A DNA stretch of 64,000 nt. Source: Cladosporium halotolerans. Taxonomy: Eukaryota. Below the pieces are notes generated by a model. It was not told the DNA's origin and made no database searches. It saw only the letters and a program-made list of their open reading frames with translations. Both the position numbers and the translations under genes were made by a program. The DNA lies in assembly GCF_011745625.1 (NCBI RefSeq), contig NW_027191453.1, positions 124,001 to 188,000 of the forward strand, in the 5' to 3' direction. Below are positions 1-12,384 of the stretch, piece after piece (position 1 is the stretch's first letter; every line of letters begins with the position of its first letter).

Positions 1-47
1 TGAAGTGGCATGCGGCAAAGCGCTGACAGAGCAATTGCGAATAACAG

Positions 48-348
48 GTCCGGCGAACTGAACGCAAAGAACCGCGAGCTTCTCGCACTGCAAGCTCAGG
101 CACGCGCGCGGTTGGCTAAGACGCGGGCGAACTTCGCTGACGGCGTGAGAGCTGCGAAGGAGACGCAGAAGGATCTCGAGTGGACGCAGAAGAAAGTCAG
201 GTCAGTAGCTTGCAGTTCGCGCGCAAGTCACGATTAGCAACAACGACTGATCAGGACCAACAGCGCCATGAACCGCCGCGCAGCAGAACGCTACCCCGAG
301 CAATACCGCGCCGCGAAAGCCCGGTATCCCGCTCCAGTGGACTGCTGA
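48..348 (+). CDS. KXD1: KxDL-motif protein (BLOC-1/BORC KXD1-like), 3' part only; 5' exons lie upstream of the window
   Basis: Exon 48-200 follows a GCTGAC branch point and CAG acceptor and encodes a coiled coil ending KETQKDLEWTQKKV (KxDL motif). Intron 201-263 (GTCAGT...GACTGAT...CAG). Exon 264-348 reads SAMNRRAAERYPEQYRAAKARYPAPVDC*. Confidence 0.72.
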
Positions 349-1249
349 TCGCCCAATTCGCACTCCTGCCTTTGCTTTGTACAAAAAGAAAGAAATTAAC
401 AAAACGGCGGCAAAACCTCACGACATTTCCGGTTTTCAACGACAAACTCGTATTTCCTCAACGATACCCACGGCCAGGCAAACACCAGCTCCACCAGCGA
501 GCTCAAATCTCATTACTTCACTTACATACCCACGCAAAAGCCGACGTCCAAACAAGCTTCCCGCCCGCGAGCGCCCCGACTCGCTCCCCTTGCATGCCCG
601 CTCTGCAGCCGCCGCGCACGTGGGCGTCGCTAGCGCTTGTGGGGCCCTTTTTGCAGGAGGGCACGGGTTGCTGCGAGGCGCGACTCAGGTGCCGGCATGG
701 CTGGCATGGGCGTTGCTGCGAGTCGCTGGGATGGGCAGATGCGGACGGGTCGGCCCAATGGCCGGGATTTATGTTGGCGTTTAGGGGATTGGATTGGAGG
801 GATGGGGACGGGGACGGGGGCGGCAATGGGGGTTTATTCTTAGATTGAGCCAATGGGCGGTATCTCAGTTTCGGTGGGCTGAGGAGGGGATTTGGGCGCT
901 TGGGTGGGGTTGGGTAGGAGGTGGGAGTGGTGTGGTGTGGCGGGTAGAAGATTGTGCGTGACGATTGTATGAGATTTACGGTCTCCTTGTTCCGGGTATA
1001 TTGCGTTGTCCCGTGACCCCAATGGCCAGGATGTGGAGCCCAAACTCGATCGAATGCCTAGTGGTCTCTCACGTGAGCCGAGAGAGGGCAATGCACATGT
1101 ATGCATAGACGATGTTCAACGGAACTCCACTAGAGACTAGCCCTACGCTTCCATACCCCCAAACGCCCGCCTCACCTCAAACACCACGACAACCCCTCCC
1201 TCCAGCAGCACCTACTCCAAACCCCTAAGCACTCCCAAAACCCACTACC

Positions 1250-1598
1250 TCAAAGCTCCTCCTTCCCTTCCCCCTTCGCCTTGCCCCCAAAGCCAAACAT
1301 CCCCATCAACATGCCTCCCAGCGAGCCTGTGCCACATTCAGCCAGCGGCCCAACATCAGCAGTCACACCTCAACTCACCACCCGGCGGATACGCCTTGCC
1401 ATCTCTCTCGACTTTCGGCCCGCAGCTGCAGCGCTCGCTCTCGGGGACGGCGTCGAGGACGGAGGGGATGTGCGAGCCGCAGCCGTACCAGGTTTTGCCG
1501 TCTGGGGTTGTTAGTGATGAGTTGGGTGAGGTGGGAGGGATTTTTTCCCCTTGTGGATGGGGCTTACGGCAGGTGCTGCAGGTTACGCCGTGGCACAT
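1250..1598 (-). CDS. Small Cys/His-rich hypothetical protein (~76 aa, 3 exons), possible metal binder
   Basis: ATG at 1598 in an ATCAAAATG context. Introns 1567-1502 (GTAAGC..CTAAC..CAG) and 1378-1327 (GTGAGT..GCTGAAT..CAG). Spliced product MCHGVTCSTCHGKTWYGCGSHIPSVLDAVPESERCSCGPKVERDGKAYPPGGSLGGMLMGMFGFGGKAKGEGKEEL*. Confidence 0.75.
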
Positions 1599-2003
1599 TT
1601 TGATCTTGGTGTTGGGGTTGGGTTGGAGGGGTTGAGGGTGAGGGATGGATGGATGGATGGCGGGGTTGAGGGGCGGAGTCGAGCTGCTGAGGTGTGGAAT
1701 TTGGCAAGCGAAGTGCAGGTGGTCTCCTGATTTGCTTCGTGAGGCGGACAGTAATGACGAATAAATTATTGACTCGGATTTGATTCTAGATGCAATATGA
1801 TGATTCGTCCAGTAGCAATTTGGTGGCATCCAAATTTGTTGCACCTGTTATGGCCTTTTATCATTTAGCTTTGTGTTGCTTACGCTGTTTGACCAGAGGT
1901 AGATGAGAAATCCTGCCAACACCATATGAATCGCTCTCAAGACAATGCGCTACATACAAGTCGCTTATCCAACATGCACACCAAAAACAACACCGACCAA
2001 GCT

Positions 2004-5000
2004 TCATCCCACAAGCCCAGCCAGAACCTTCAAACTGTCCCCATCAAAACCCTCCGCACCTCCTTTCTCAACAGCCTCCCTGCCCATCGTTCCCAACTCG
2101 TAGAATCGCGCTGCCCGCTCGAGAGTCGCGCTAGGCTGCACAGCCTTCAATGCCTGCTGCAAAACGAGCACGTTCAGCTGCATGCGCGCGTTGCCGTGGC
2201 TGTCCATAGCCGGTATGAGCGTGACGAGCTTGATGAGAGCCGCGTTTGCCAAGTCGTCCAGGTGGGCGGTCAGGAAGTCGTACTGTGCTGGCAACAGGTG
2301 GATCCCGAGCTGTGCGTCGTAGGAGGCGATGGATGTCGCCAGGGCGAGAACGGCGGGGTCCGGGTCGTTGTAAGGCTGGTTCAGGGCGTAGGTGTTGCGC
2401 ATGGCGGTGCTGGTGCCGTGCAACAAGTGCAGACGGAGGTCAATGTGTAGGGTCCGCAGGATGAGAGAACTGAGCTCGGAGAAGCTGAAGACGACGCCGT
2501 TGAATTGCTCTGCTGTGGGCTCGTCGAGGGGTAGGTATGGGTGCGCGGGCGCCGAGGGAAGGTTGGCGTTGATGGTCCAGCGGCGGGAATGGTGAGATTG
2601 GAGATTTGATGTGTCGACTGCTCGGGGCGAGATGTACTCGAGCGATTTGCTGCGTGTTGCAAGCCACTTCATACTGGTGTGGAGGACGCAGAGAGCGCCC
2701 AAGGCTTTCCGGTCGTGGATGAGGTCTGCTTCGTCGAGTGGGCGCTGTAGAGTTTGAGAGAGGAGCGCCGAGCTCTCTTCGCTTACAAGGCCGGGTATCT
2801 TCTCTTCATCGGTGCTTGAGAGGAGATCCACCACAGTTTGCTGGACAGCGCCACCAGTGGCAAGGTCTGCAGCGAGGCGCATGCGCGGTGTCTCGTCTTG
2901 TGACATTTGGGCTCGCTGCAAGAGACCCTTTGACCAATTGTAGCAACGGTCATAGTAGCTGCGCATTTGTGCAATGACTAGTTGACTGAAGCTCTGCTCA
3001 TGAGGCAGGCTATCAAGCATCTTGCACACACCTTGAATGATGCTAAAAAAGCGGATGACACCCTTGAATATTGGCTTCTGTGCATGCTGCTGCCATTGCG
3101 GGTCCGGCTGGAAAGCCGAAATATCGTTGAAGCATTGGGAACACAGATCCAACAAGGTCTCCTCCAGTTGCGGGTAGAACACATTGATGAGGAAGTCGTC
3201 TAAGAATGACTCAAGCGTGGACGCTACAACGCTCGAGTTCGGAGGTACCACTTCCCGCAATCTGTTCAGGAAAGACAGACAGGGCGGCAGTAGAATGCTC
3301 ATGTTGAAGATGCTTGGTTCCACCAGAAGCTTATGTCCTGTGGCTGAGCGATCCGGCAAAGCGTCGTTCTCGTCACTCTCCTTCCTAGATTCCCGAGCAT
3401 TGCGATTCACCAAGCCTGGAACCGATGCTTTCAGGATGTATTCTAAATCTTCGCGTTCCGTGGCCAGCTCAGCTGATTTACTGTCAGTATCTGCAAGCTT
3501 GAATAGCCTGCGCGTCTTGTCCCTCGGCCTTGACTTGAAGATGTTGGCAGAAGGGTCATTTTCCTGCCGAGCTCCATGTCCAAGATTATCACTCGAAGCC
3601 AGGTGGTCGTGTAGTAGAGTGCGGATTTCGCTTTGCAAGAGCTTCCATAACTCCCTGAAACTGCGGTTCAGTGTGGGCCCATCCAAAGAGCCCTCACGTT
3701 TCAGCACAGCTGCAATGACGCAGTGCAAGACCGAGTGACCTTCGGCGATGGCCTCGAACTTGGCGAAGAGCGTATTTAACAAATCATTGAGCGTAGCATT
3801 GTGCTGTTCGCCCAATCCATCATTTAGACTGAGGGTCTCGGGTCGTGTCCGGGTAGCAGAATGCATTGTGTTTGGATGCCGTTGCTCGACCTCGTTGTGG
3901 GAACGCTCGACAACTCGGAATAGTTCTACGGGCAGTCTCTGCTCGATCGCGTCTATCACAACATCCAGGCGGCTCATGTTGTTCAATGCCTCTGTCAGTA
4001 GCTGGATGTAATAGAAGGTGTCCGCTTCAGGGTTACGGGTCGTGTCTTCTTGCATCGGCTCTGTGCCGTTGTAACCTTCGAAGAATGCATGTAAAGCCCT
4101 ATCCTCAGGAGATATTGCGCCACGGGCGGGATCCCTTCTTGCGTGGGCCTTCCATCGTGCTTCGCAGTAGGGACTTTTGAGGTAAAGGTGACTGTGAAGC
4201 TCTTCAACCAGGATGTCCGTGAGTGAGTGCTCTTGATTACCCAGGTAGACTCTGAGGTCACTCAAAGCTCCGATTTCCTCCAATTCTGGCTTTCGAATGA
4301 GCTTGAGCGCATCTTGTAACGTCTCGACTGCGGCCAAAAACCGCTTCTCGGAGATCTCTGCCTCAAGCTTCTCAGGCACTGCCTGCAATTGCTCAATCGT
4401 GGCCAGCACGGAGAGCATATGATCGTACTCTTGGCTACTCTGAGCGAAGGCCTTCAATTCTGGTCTTGTTGAAGCCAGGCTGCCTTTCGCTGCAAGCAAA
4501 CCAGCCTTCAAGGTTCTTACGCGGTGCTGCGAGGCGAGGATGGCGGCTTGAATTTTGTGGAATGTTCCTATGCTGCTGTTGAATCCTTGATGGTGCTCGT
4601 TCACGATGACCTTGAGGGCGTTCTGGAGCTGTTCGTGAGTTTCCTGGAACTGGTCGTATTGGTCCATCAGACCCAAGGAGCTTTGGTCGTTGAGCTGGAG
4701 TGCAACCTTGATGGGTATGCAGGACTCTGATGCCATGAAGGACCATTGTTGTTCGATATAGCGCAAGATCTCTGTGAAAATGGTCTCAGCAACTGGAGTG
4801 TATACAACCTAGGAACAACCGCAGACTGACCTTCAACCTGACTACCGGCCTGCCCATGGAGACCACCTGGCCGACTCCTGCTACGACTTTTACTCCAAGT
4901 ACTTTCATCTCTGCTCTTTCTGGTGGCATCTCCTCTATTCAGTCTTCCTGGCGCGCGGACGCGAGCAGCGCTCTGTCCACCAGCACCAAAGCCTCCATAG

Positions 5001-5143
5001 CCGCCTGGTCCTCGAGACCGCGAACGCTCGTCCGCGCTGTTGTCGCGACTGCTGTCAAAGTCGTAGCGACGGACGCGATCGGAAGCGCTGGGACCGCCGT
5101 TTGCATATCCGCCGCCATTGGACTGAGGTTGCATCCAAGACAT
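2004..5143 (-). CDS. SEC8: Exocyst complex component Sec8 (EXOC4)
   Basis: Exon 1 5143-4831, intron 4830-4772 (GTCAGT..GCTGAG..CAG), then a 920-aa ORF. Sec8 N-terminal signature IVNEHHQGFNSSIGTFHKIQ and LVEELHSHLYLKSPYC. Confidence 0.93.
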
Positions 5144-5595
5144 GCTTGCAGTGAAGGGTTGGGTGGGTGCCGATGCGGTCGGTGATTAGCTACTTCATCC
5201 CAATGCGACGCGCATATGGTGACTGGCACAAGTTCCAGTCAACCTTTCCAGAAGCTGTGACGTTCAAGCCGTGTCTTCTTGCAAATGAAAGATGGTCTTG
5301 CCTTGTAACTGTCCCATCCCGTCCCACCTCGGTGGTCGACGATCATTGGCGCGCTGGCGCGCTGAGGCTCTGCGGGAGCGCTCCGGGGTGCTGCAGCTGC
5401 GCTGTTGGCCCGCCTGTCTACAACGCGACATTCACTTTCACTTTTGTTGGACTGTATAAACACCTTTCACAGGTTCATTTCTACTTTTTCTCGCACCACT
5501 GCACCACTTGATACCTCTTTTCATACCGTATCGCCAAGCTTTTTGATCACACGAAAGACCAACCACTTCACGAGCCCCCAACATCTCCCGCCGCA

Positions 5596-8500
5596 ATGGC
5601 GGCTGTCCAGAATGGCCTCACCAACGGCCACGCGAGTGGCGATGATACTGCACGCTACACACGCTTTGGCGACATTCCTGCAGTCATCGATATCCCCGTC
5701 CGCGGCGAGGATGGCGATGAGGCGGTCAACCTTGACCTTACCGAGCTTCAGGACGACACCGATGAGCTTTGCGATTTGCTAGGGAACGAGAATGCAGCAA
5801 AAAACTACTGGATCACGATCGCGTTGGCATATGTTAAGGAGAAGAAGGTGGACATTGCAATCGATATGATCAAGAGAGGGCTGCAAGCCTTTGAACGAGG
5901 GAAGACAGAGGACCGACTCGCCTTGCTCACATGCCTTGTTTGGCTGCAACTATCGAGAAGCAGACAAACACGCCGCACAAAGCCAGATTCGGAACACGAA
6001 GATCAGCGGAACAAGGACAACTTTCTCCAGGATGCTACCGCGACTCTGAATGACGCGATGCGCTTAAGTCCCTCTTACCCACCCTTATCCCTTGCTCGGG
6101 GTGCTTTGGGCTTGCTAAAGGCAGCGCTTTTTACTGGTCAGACTGCAGGTCGTTCAGGAGGCGACCGCAGCAAACAGCTGACGGACGCCGCCAAAGCGTT
6201 TGAGGAGGCCTTGCGCCATTCGAATGGAAAAAACATGATCGCATTGCTGGGTAAAGCGAGGGCAACATACACTCTGGGCAGATACGCGGATGCCCTTCAG
6301 ATGTATCAGCAGGCTCTGGAACGCGCGCCCGACATGATTGACCCGGACCCTCGTATTGGTATTGGATGTTGCCTGTGGTCGTTGGGTCACAAAGATCATG
6401 CGCATGCCGCCTGGGACCGCTCCCTCGAGCTCAACCCGAACTCAAGCATTGCGCACACACTCCTGGGCTTGTACTTCCTTGACCAAAGTAGCCGCTTTGC
6501 GACAACGGACGAGGCATTCGGGCCCTTGTACAAGAAAGCCATGACCGTCCATACGCAGACAGCTTTCAAGCTTAACGACATGCAGCCGCTGACCTGCGCT
6601 ACCTTCGGAGGATATTTCTTGCTGAGGAAGAATTGGGCAAACGTGGACAAGCTGGCGAAGCGTGCTGTGGAGCAGACTGACACAACTGCTATCATGAGTG
6701 ATGGCTGGTACCTCCGCGCACGTCAAGCGCATTACCAAGATGACACCGCTAGTGCAGCAGAATGCTACAACAAGTCCGATTTGGCAAGAGGAGGTGATGA
6801 AAAGGGATATCTGCCTGCAAAATTCGGCGCTGCACAGCTCAGGATAGCGAATGGTGACTTCGACGGCGCGAAGTTCAGACTCGAGAAGATTGCCGCTCAG
6901 AGCAGGAGCCCCGAAGCGATGACTCTGCTAGGCATTCTTCATGCTGAGGATGTGTTTGCAGCACAGGCCGCTGGCAGCAAAGAGGACAAGAGCGCAGAGC
7001 GCAGAAGAGCAATCGGGCTTCTCGAGCAAGTGAGAGCGTCTTGGCGAGACCCCAAGAAGAAGGTTGCGCCGGATGCCGCTGTGCTGCTGAATCTTGCCCG
7101 TCTCTACGAAATTGATGCACCCGAAAAGAGCCTTGCGTGCCTGCTGCAAGTCGAGCAAATGGAGACAGAAGGTATTCCGGAAGAGGAGCGCCCCGAGGAC
7201 ATCGAAGATGAGGCCGAGATGAAGAAGGCTCTTCGTGAATTGATCAGCCCGCAACTGCTGAACAACATCGGATGCTTCCACTTCTACGGAGAGAAGTACG
7301 CGCTGGCTCGCGAGGATTTCCAAGCTGCACTAAATGCCTGCGTCAAGATGGGCGACAACAACGAGTCAATCGATACCGATGCTCTCGTCACTACCATCAG
7401 CTTCAACCTTGCCCGGACGTACGAATCAGAAGGCATGGACGAAGAGGCAAAGAGTGTCTACACCAGCCTTTTGCAACGCCATCCCGATTACACAGATGCC
7501 AGCCTCCGACTCACATATATTGCGCTCAACACCGAGCCAGAAACTGGAGCCAAGTCGATGAAGCAGCTGATGGAGTCCGATCCGAGCAACCTTGAAATTC
7601 GCAGTCTTTACGGCTGGTGGATCAACAAGACCAAGAAGCGCACGCTTGCACTGAACGAGGATGCAGAGCAGCGCCATTACAAGCACACTCTGCAAAACTA
7701 CGACAAGCACGATCTTTACTCCTTGACTGGCATGGGAAATCTGCACCTGGCAGTCGCGCGTGAGATGCCCAGATCAACAGATCAGGAGAAAGACAAGCGC
7801 AGTGGAGTTTACAGGCGTGCTGTTGAATTCTTCGACAAGGTTCTGGCTCTCGATCCGCGGAACGCCTACGCCGCACAAGGCATGGGTATCGCACTCGTGG
7901 AAGACCGGAAGGACTTGCAGAACACCATTCAGATCTTCTCCAAGGCCCGCGAGAGTATCAAGGACTACAGTGTCCACCTCAACCTTGGCCACATTTTCGT
8001 GGATGTCAAGCAGTTCGGCCGCTCAATCGAGAACTACGAGATCGCGCTCGGCAGAATCAAGGCGACAGACCCTCAGCTTCCTACTCTTTTGGCATGTCTC
8101 GGCCGCGTCTGGCTGTTGCGTGCTAGGTCCGAGTCCGCCGAGTCCCGTCTCGAATCAATGAAAACCTCACTTGCATATTCGCGTCGCGCACTGGAAGCGG
8201 CCCAGGGCGCCAAGGACGAACTCAACCACCGCTTCAACGTGGCTTTCGTGCAGATCCAAATCGCACAGCTCGTTAACGGCCTCAAGGAATCGCAGCGTTC
8301 GCTCACAGATGTCGAGACCGCAAGTAAAGATCTCGACGACGCTATCGAAGCCTTCAGCGAAATCGCCAAGGCGCCCAATCCGCCTTTCCCTGCTGGAGAC
8401 ATCGAGCAGCGTGCTTCCATGGGCCGCAACACGATGAAGCGTCAACTTGCCGAAGCCATTAGCAAGCAATCCGAGTACGAGCAAAAGAACGCCACGAAGC

Positions 8501-9285
8501 TCGAGGAGTCGAAGCGGGCGCGTGAGGCGGCCATTCAGCAGCGCCAAGAGGCGAAGCGTAAGCAGCTTGAGGAGGAAGAGGCTCATCGCGCGAAGATCGC
8601 CGAGGAGCGGCGACGCATGATGGAGGAGGACCGCATGCTTATCCAGCAGCGACTCGAGGACGAGAAGGCCCGCGAAGAGGCGGAATACACAGATGACCCC
8701 GAGACAGGCGAGCGCAAGAAGCGCGAGAAGAAGCCCAAATCCAAGGGCACTGGCGGGAAGAGAAAGAAGAAGGGTGACATCGTCGACAGCGATGATGACG
8801 GGCTCGACGGCACAGACGGCGACTTTGAGGGCGGCGAGAAGCGGAGAAAGAGCAAGAAGAAGAATCGCAGTGAGAGAAGCTCGGTCACCCCTGGCGGCGA
8901 CGGCTCAGACGACGAGGCCGCGCCCAAAAAGAAGAAGAGAAGACTCGCCCGCAAAGACGCTTCCGCCAAGTCCAGCAAGTACAAGTCGGCAGATTTCATC
9001 CAAGATTCTTCCGACGAGGACGGCGAAGGCGCGACGCAAAATGCTCGTGAGCAGAGCGAGTCGCCCGCTGCTGAGACTCCTGGCGCGGATGGGGATGAGC
9101 GGATGTCGGACGCGGGTGGAGACGAGGAGACCGAGGCCCGGCCTTCACAGAGGAAAAAGGCAGCTAGGGTGCTCGATGATGATGACGACGAGGATGAGGG
9201 CGAAGGTGAAGGAGAGGGTGGGGATGCGCCGCCAGTAGCAACGGCAGATGATGTTCCTGCCGCTGGCGATGAGAACCATGGCTGA
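5596..9285 (+). CDS. CTR9: Paf1 complex TPR subunit Ctr9
   Basis: 1229-aa single ORF with many TPRs (PDPRIGIGCCLWSLG, LDPRNAYAAQGMGIAL), a coiled coil and a K/D/E-rich tail containing SKYKSADFIQDSSDE. Confidence 0.93.
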   Translation: MAAVQNGLTNGHASGDDTARYTRFGDIPAVIDIPVRGEDGDEAVNLDLTELQDDTDELCDLLGNENAAKNYWITIALAYVKEKKVDIAIDMIKRGLQAFERGKTEDRLALLTCLVWLQLSRSRQTRRTKPDSEHEDQRNKDNFLQDATATLNDAMRLSPSYPPLSLARGALGLLKAALFTGQTAGRSGGDRSKQLTDAAKAFEEALRHSNGKNMIALLGKARATYTLGRYADALQMYQQALERAPDMIDPDPRIGIGCCLWSLGHKDHAHAAWDRSLELNPNSSIAHTLLGLYFLDQSSRFATTDEAFGPLYKKAMTVHTQTAFKLNDMQPLTCATFGGYFLLRKNWANVDKLAKRAVEQTDTTAIMSDGWYLRARQAHYQDDTASAAECYNKSDLARGGDEKGYLPAKFGAAQLRIANGDFDGAKFRLEKIAAQSRSPEAMTLLGILHAEDVFAAQAAGSKEDKSAERRRAIGLLEQVRASWRDPKKKVAPDAAVLLNLARLYEIDAPEKSLACLLQVEQMETEGIPEEERPEDIEDEAEMKKALRELISPQLLNNIGCFHFYGEKYALAREDFQAALNACVKMGDNNESIDTDALVTTISFNLARTYESEGMDEEAKSVYTSLLQRHPDYTDASLRLTYIALNTEPETGAKSMKQLMESDPSNLEIRSLYGWWINKTKKRTLALNEDAEQRHYKHTLQNYDKHDLYSLTGMGNLHLAVAREMPRSTDQEKDKRSGVYRRAVEFFDKVLALDPRNAYAAQGMGIALVEDRKDLQNTIQIFSKARESIKDYSVHLNLGHIFVDVKQFGRSIENYEIALGRIKATDPQLPTLLACLGRVWLLRARSESAESRLESMKTSLAYSRRALEAAQGAKDELNHRFNVAFVQIQIAQLVNGLKESQRSLTDVETASKDLDDAIEAFSEIAKAPNPPFPAGDIEQRASMGRNTMKRQLAEAISKQSEYEQKNATKLEESKRAREAAIQQRQEAKRKQLEEEEAHRAKIAEERRRMMEEDRMLIQQRLEDEKAREEAEYTDDPETGERKKREKKPKSKGTGGKRKKKGDIVDSDDDGLDGTDGDFEGGEKRRKSKKKNRSERSSVTPGGDGSDDEAAPKKKKRRLARKDASAKSSKYKSADFIQDSSDEDGEGATQNAREQSESPAAETPGADGDERMSDAGGDEETEARPSQRKKAARVLDDDDDEDEGEGEGEGGDAPPVATADDVPAAGDENHG

Positions 9286-9493
9286 GGAAATGGAGTTCAA
9301 AAGGGTGGCGTAAGATAGATTGACGGAATCTGTACTGCTGAGTTACTCACAAGCGAGTTTCGTATTTTCTTCACGCCCAGCCTTAATCATTGTACGGAGT
9401 AGAGCGTGACTGGGATGTATTCATAAGTACTTGAGCCATTGCCCCAAAAGTGGAGTTTCCCCAAGAATCGTCGTGCCTAGCCCTTTCTCTGGA

Positions 9494-11973
9494 CTACGCT
9501 GCGGCGGCTACTATGCTGGCGTTTTCCCAGCCCCATTCCCTCTGAAGCTCCTTGATGCGCCCTTGTGTGGCACACCCGGTATCCAGCTCGATAGCCCGTA
9601 ATACTTCTACCACTAATGACCTCTCGTCGTCCGCTTCCAAACACGTCCCAGCGGCGAATAACGGCAGTAGCATTTCCACGCGGACTGCAGGGTGTGGTCG
9701 ACCAAGCGCTATGCCGAGAATGACGTGTGCATGGTGCAGCGCTCGCGAGGACACCTCACGATATGCTTGCAATCGAGAAGAGCTTTGCGTCTGCGTGGGC
9801 TTGCTCAGTAGAAGCAGCACTCGGGTAAAGTGATAAAGTTGCATCGTGGCGGCGCAGAGCGGTATAGAGAAGAACGTCTCATTGATACCTGTTCGTGACG
9901 TTGACTGCGAGCCAGGTGTGGCGCTCGTCCTGCGAGACACAGGGTGTCGAAGCTGCGCGCTTGGTTGGAACGCGATAGGCAGGCAAGCATGCCAAGCGTC
10001 AAGCTGGGCAGTGACTTGTTCCCAGACTGATTGTCGCGTCGCGATCTCTTGGGAGGGCAACGATAAGTAGTTCATCGTGCGTAGGACTATCCAGAGAAGG
10101 GTATGGGCTACGAGCTGGACGGTCGAGCAACGATGACAAGGATCCGCCTTCAATCCTTCAGGATCAAAGTACAACGATCCACTTTGGGAGACCTGCAGGC
10201 CGCAACTCTGCCACATAGGGAAGTCCTCTGTATCGAGCAGAGTTGGCGTGCGGTTGATGTAGGCTGCTTGATAGTCGGCTCTAGCAAAATTCCAAAAAGA
10301 AGCTCTCCGCTCAAGTGATGTCTCCAGAGGATTCTGAGGATCGATCGCTGACGGCCCGAGAACGCTGAGAAGCGACTTCATGCCGCTGAGGTGCCTGTAT
10401 TCTGTTAGCTTGACGTAAAGCTAGTGTGTGACTCGGCGAAAGGAACGTCTCGAGCCGAGACTGGCGTCTCTCAACGCTTGGTAGTGCTAATGCAAAAGTT
10501 CGACTTACTGTGTCCACCCTATCTCAGCACTGTCAAGCGACTCGTACAGTGAAAAGATCGAAACAGCCAGTAAAAGGTCGTCCGAGTTTGCGGCGGTAAG
10601 TGTCGCAGAAGTTGCGGGTGATGCCGGGTCGCTTAGACTACCAGACAGGGCTTGCAAGTACAGTCGTGAGTACATGATTGCTTTGTCGTAGTAATTTGCA
10701 GCTTTGTAATACCAGTCGATTCCCAAGGCGTCGTTGATGACTTCCATTGCTGCGGGTTTCTGATTTTGTCGCCCGAGAAATGGCTTTTGGCCGCGGACAC
10801 GGCCCAGCTGTTTCGCAGCCACAGCCGCTATTGAATTTTTGAGTAAAGCATCTCGCAGAGCCTTCAGTGGTACCAGTTGGCCGAAATGCTTCTCGCAATC
10901 GAAGAGGTCCATCCAAGGCCCAAGTGACTCGCTGAAATGTCGTATCAGGAAAGCCATCTCATGTTCTCTTTCATCCGTGATTATCTGACTCGTGTGAAGC
11001 TGTGTTTCTGTGGCCCACATACTTCCGCTATCGACATTCAAGCCAGACCCTGGTGTACTGAAAGCTTCTATGGTGGGATGTGGTACTGTCTTGTCCACCT
11101 CATCAACGATGTTTGGCATGTCTGGGATGAAACCGCATGAGTTATTGTTCTTCCCATAGAACGAATCAGGCTCAAGGTCAAACCATGCAGGATCATATTG
11201 ACTCGGATCCAGCGCGTCATTCAAGAGGCTGTCGATATCCATCTCCGATGAGGCAGGTGGAATAAGAGGTAACGGGTTGGGGTTCTCCGAAAGTGGTAGC
11301 AAAGCCGGATCTGGTTTGAACATTCGCGTATTGGCCTCGCTTTTCGGCAAACCAGATCGAAAGACATCCTGCTGAAGATTTGGCGTACTCTGCTCAGATG
11401 GGTTTCGCCGTCGTCGTGCATTCGAGAAATTTGGTGAGTCATCAGTTGCGCCTGCCAGTGTGCTACGAGGGCTCTACAGTAAGTTAGCTCGCTGTTTATG
11501 ATTGCATAGTTGAGGACACCATACGTTTAGAGACAGGTCGGAAAACTGGCTTCCTGCAAGCTCCTTACCAGCTTCGCCTTCATATTTCTTCCGTAAAGAA
11601 GCACCTTCGTCAACAAATTTGCGCTTCTTGTCGTAACCGGGGCACGGCTTGCCGAGCTTCTCGCAGCGAAAGCATGCCGGATGTCTCTTGTCGCACTGCA
11701 GCCGAAGAATCAACGAGTTTTCTCAACGACAGGGCGAAGTTTCGCATCTAGAACGAGTGCAGAGAACTTCTTATCTGATTGCCACGAAATTGACATGGAG
11801 TAGTGAATATAGTCCAGAGGGAACCCATGGAGCCCGCAAAGCATCTTTCGTGCGAAACTTCCGTCTGCCAGCCCGCAGGGTTTTGGCGCACGTAGACAGG
11901 GTGGAATGCATACCTTGACTCGTCGTTCTCGACATCTGTCGCAGGCCCTCTCTGTTGACGTGCCCTCCGCCAT
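9494..11973 (-). CDS. Zn(II)2Cys6 fungal transcription factor with C-terminal fungal-specific TF domain (4 exons)
   Basis: The cluster ACDRCRERRVK|CDKRHPACFRCEKLGKPCPGY is split by intron 11913-11696. Further introns 11524-11474 and 10508-10395 join the 281-aa and 295-aa ORFs in frame (LGPWMDLFD...HLSGMKSLL...FWNFARADY). Confidence 0.88.
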
Positions 11974-12384
11974 CAGTGGCGCTAAACAGCCGAACTGTGG
12001 GCGGTGACGGCGAGGTGGGTTCGGCTCCGCTCGGAATGAGGCAGGGAGATTGACGACCTATTACACGAAGGCTGTATAGGTACAGTAGTTCGCAAAACAA
12101 CTGTTGCCCTTTAGGTAGAATCTTGCCGCTGGTGGCCTGGGCACGAGATGAGGTGCAGTGGCAGCTCTTGGTACGAGGTCAAGGTTGCTCGCTGGAGTAC
12201 TTCCTAATTGGGCGGATTTGGTGGGGCTTCGTTAGGTCAGCCCTAAGCAACTCTGCCTTCGCCGCCCCCAGTACTCTACTGCCACTGTCGACTACATTCC
12301 GGCACGTTTCCATCAGATTACACCTCAGATGCTCAAACGACACGCACGGGAAACAGTACGACCACCATATCTGCCTCGATCGCC

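Noticed and set aside
180..1106. Several overlapping 70-220 aa ORFs downstream of the KxDL gene
   Set aside because: Mostly non-ATG starts, low-complexity G/C-skewed sequence and no motifs; likely UTR or intergenic.
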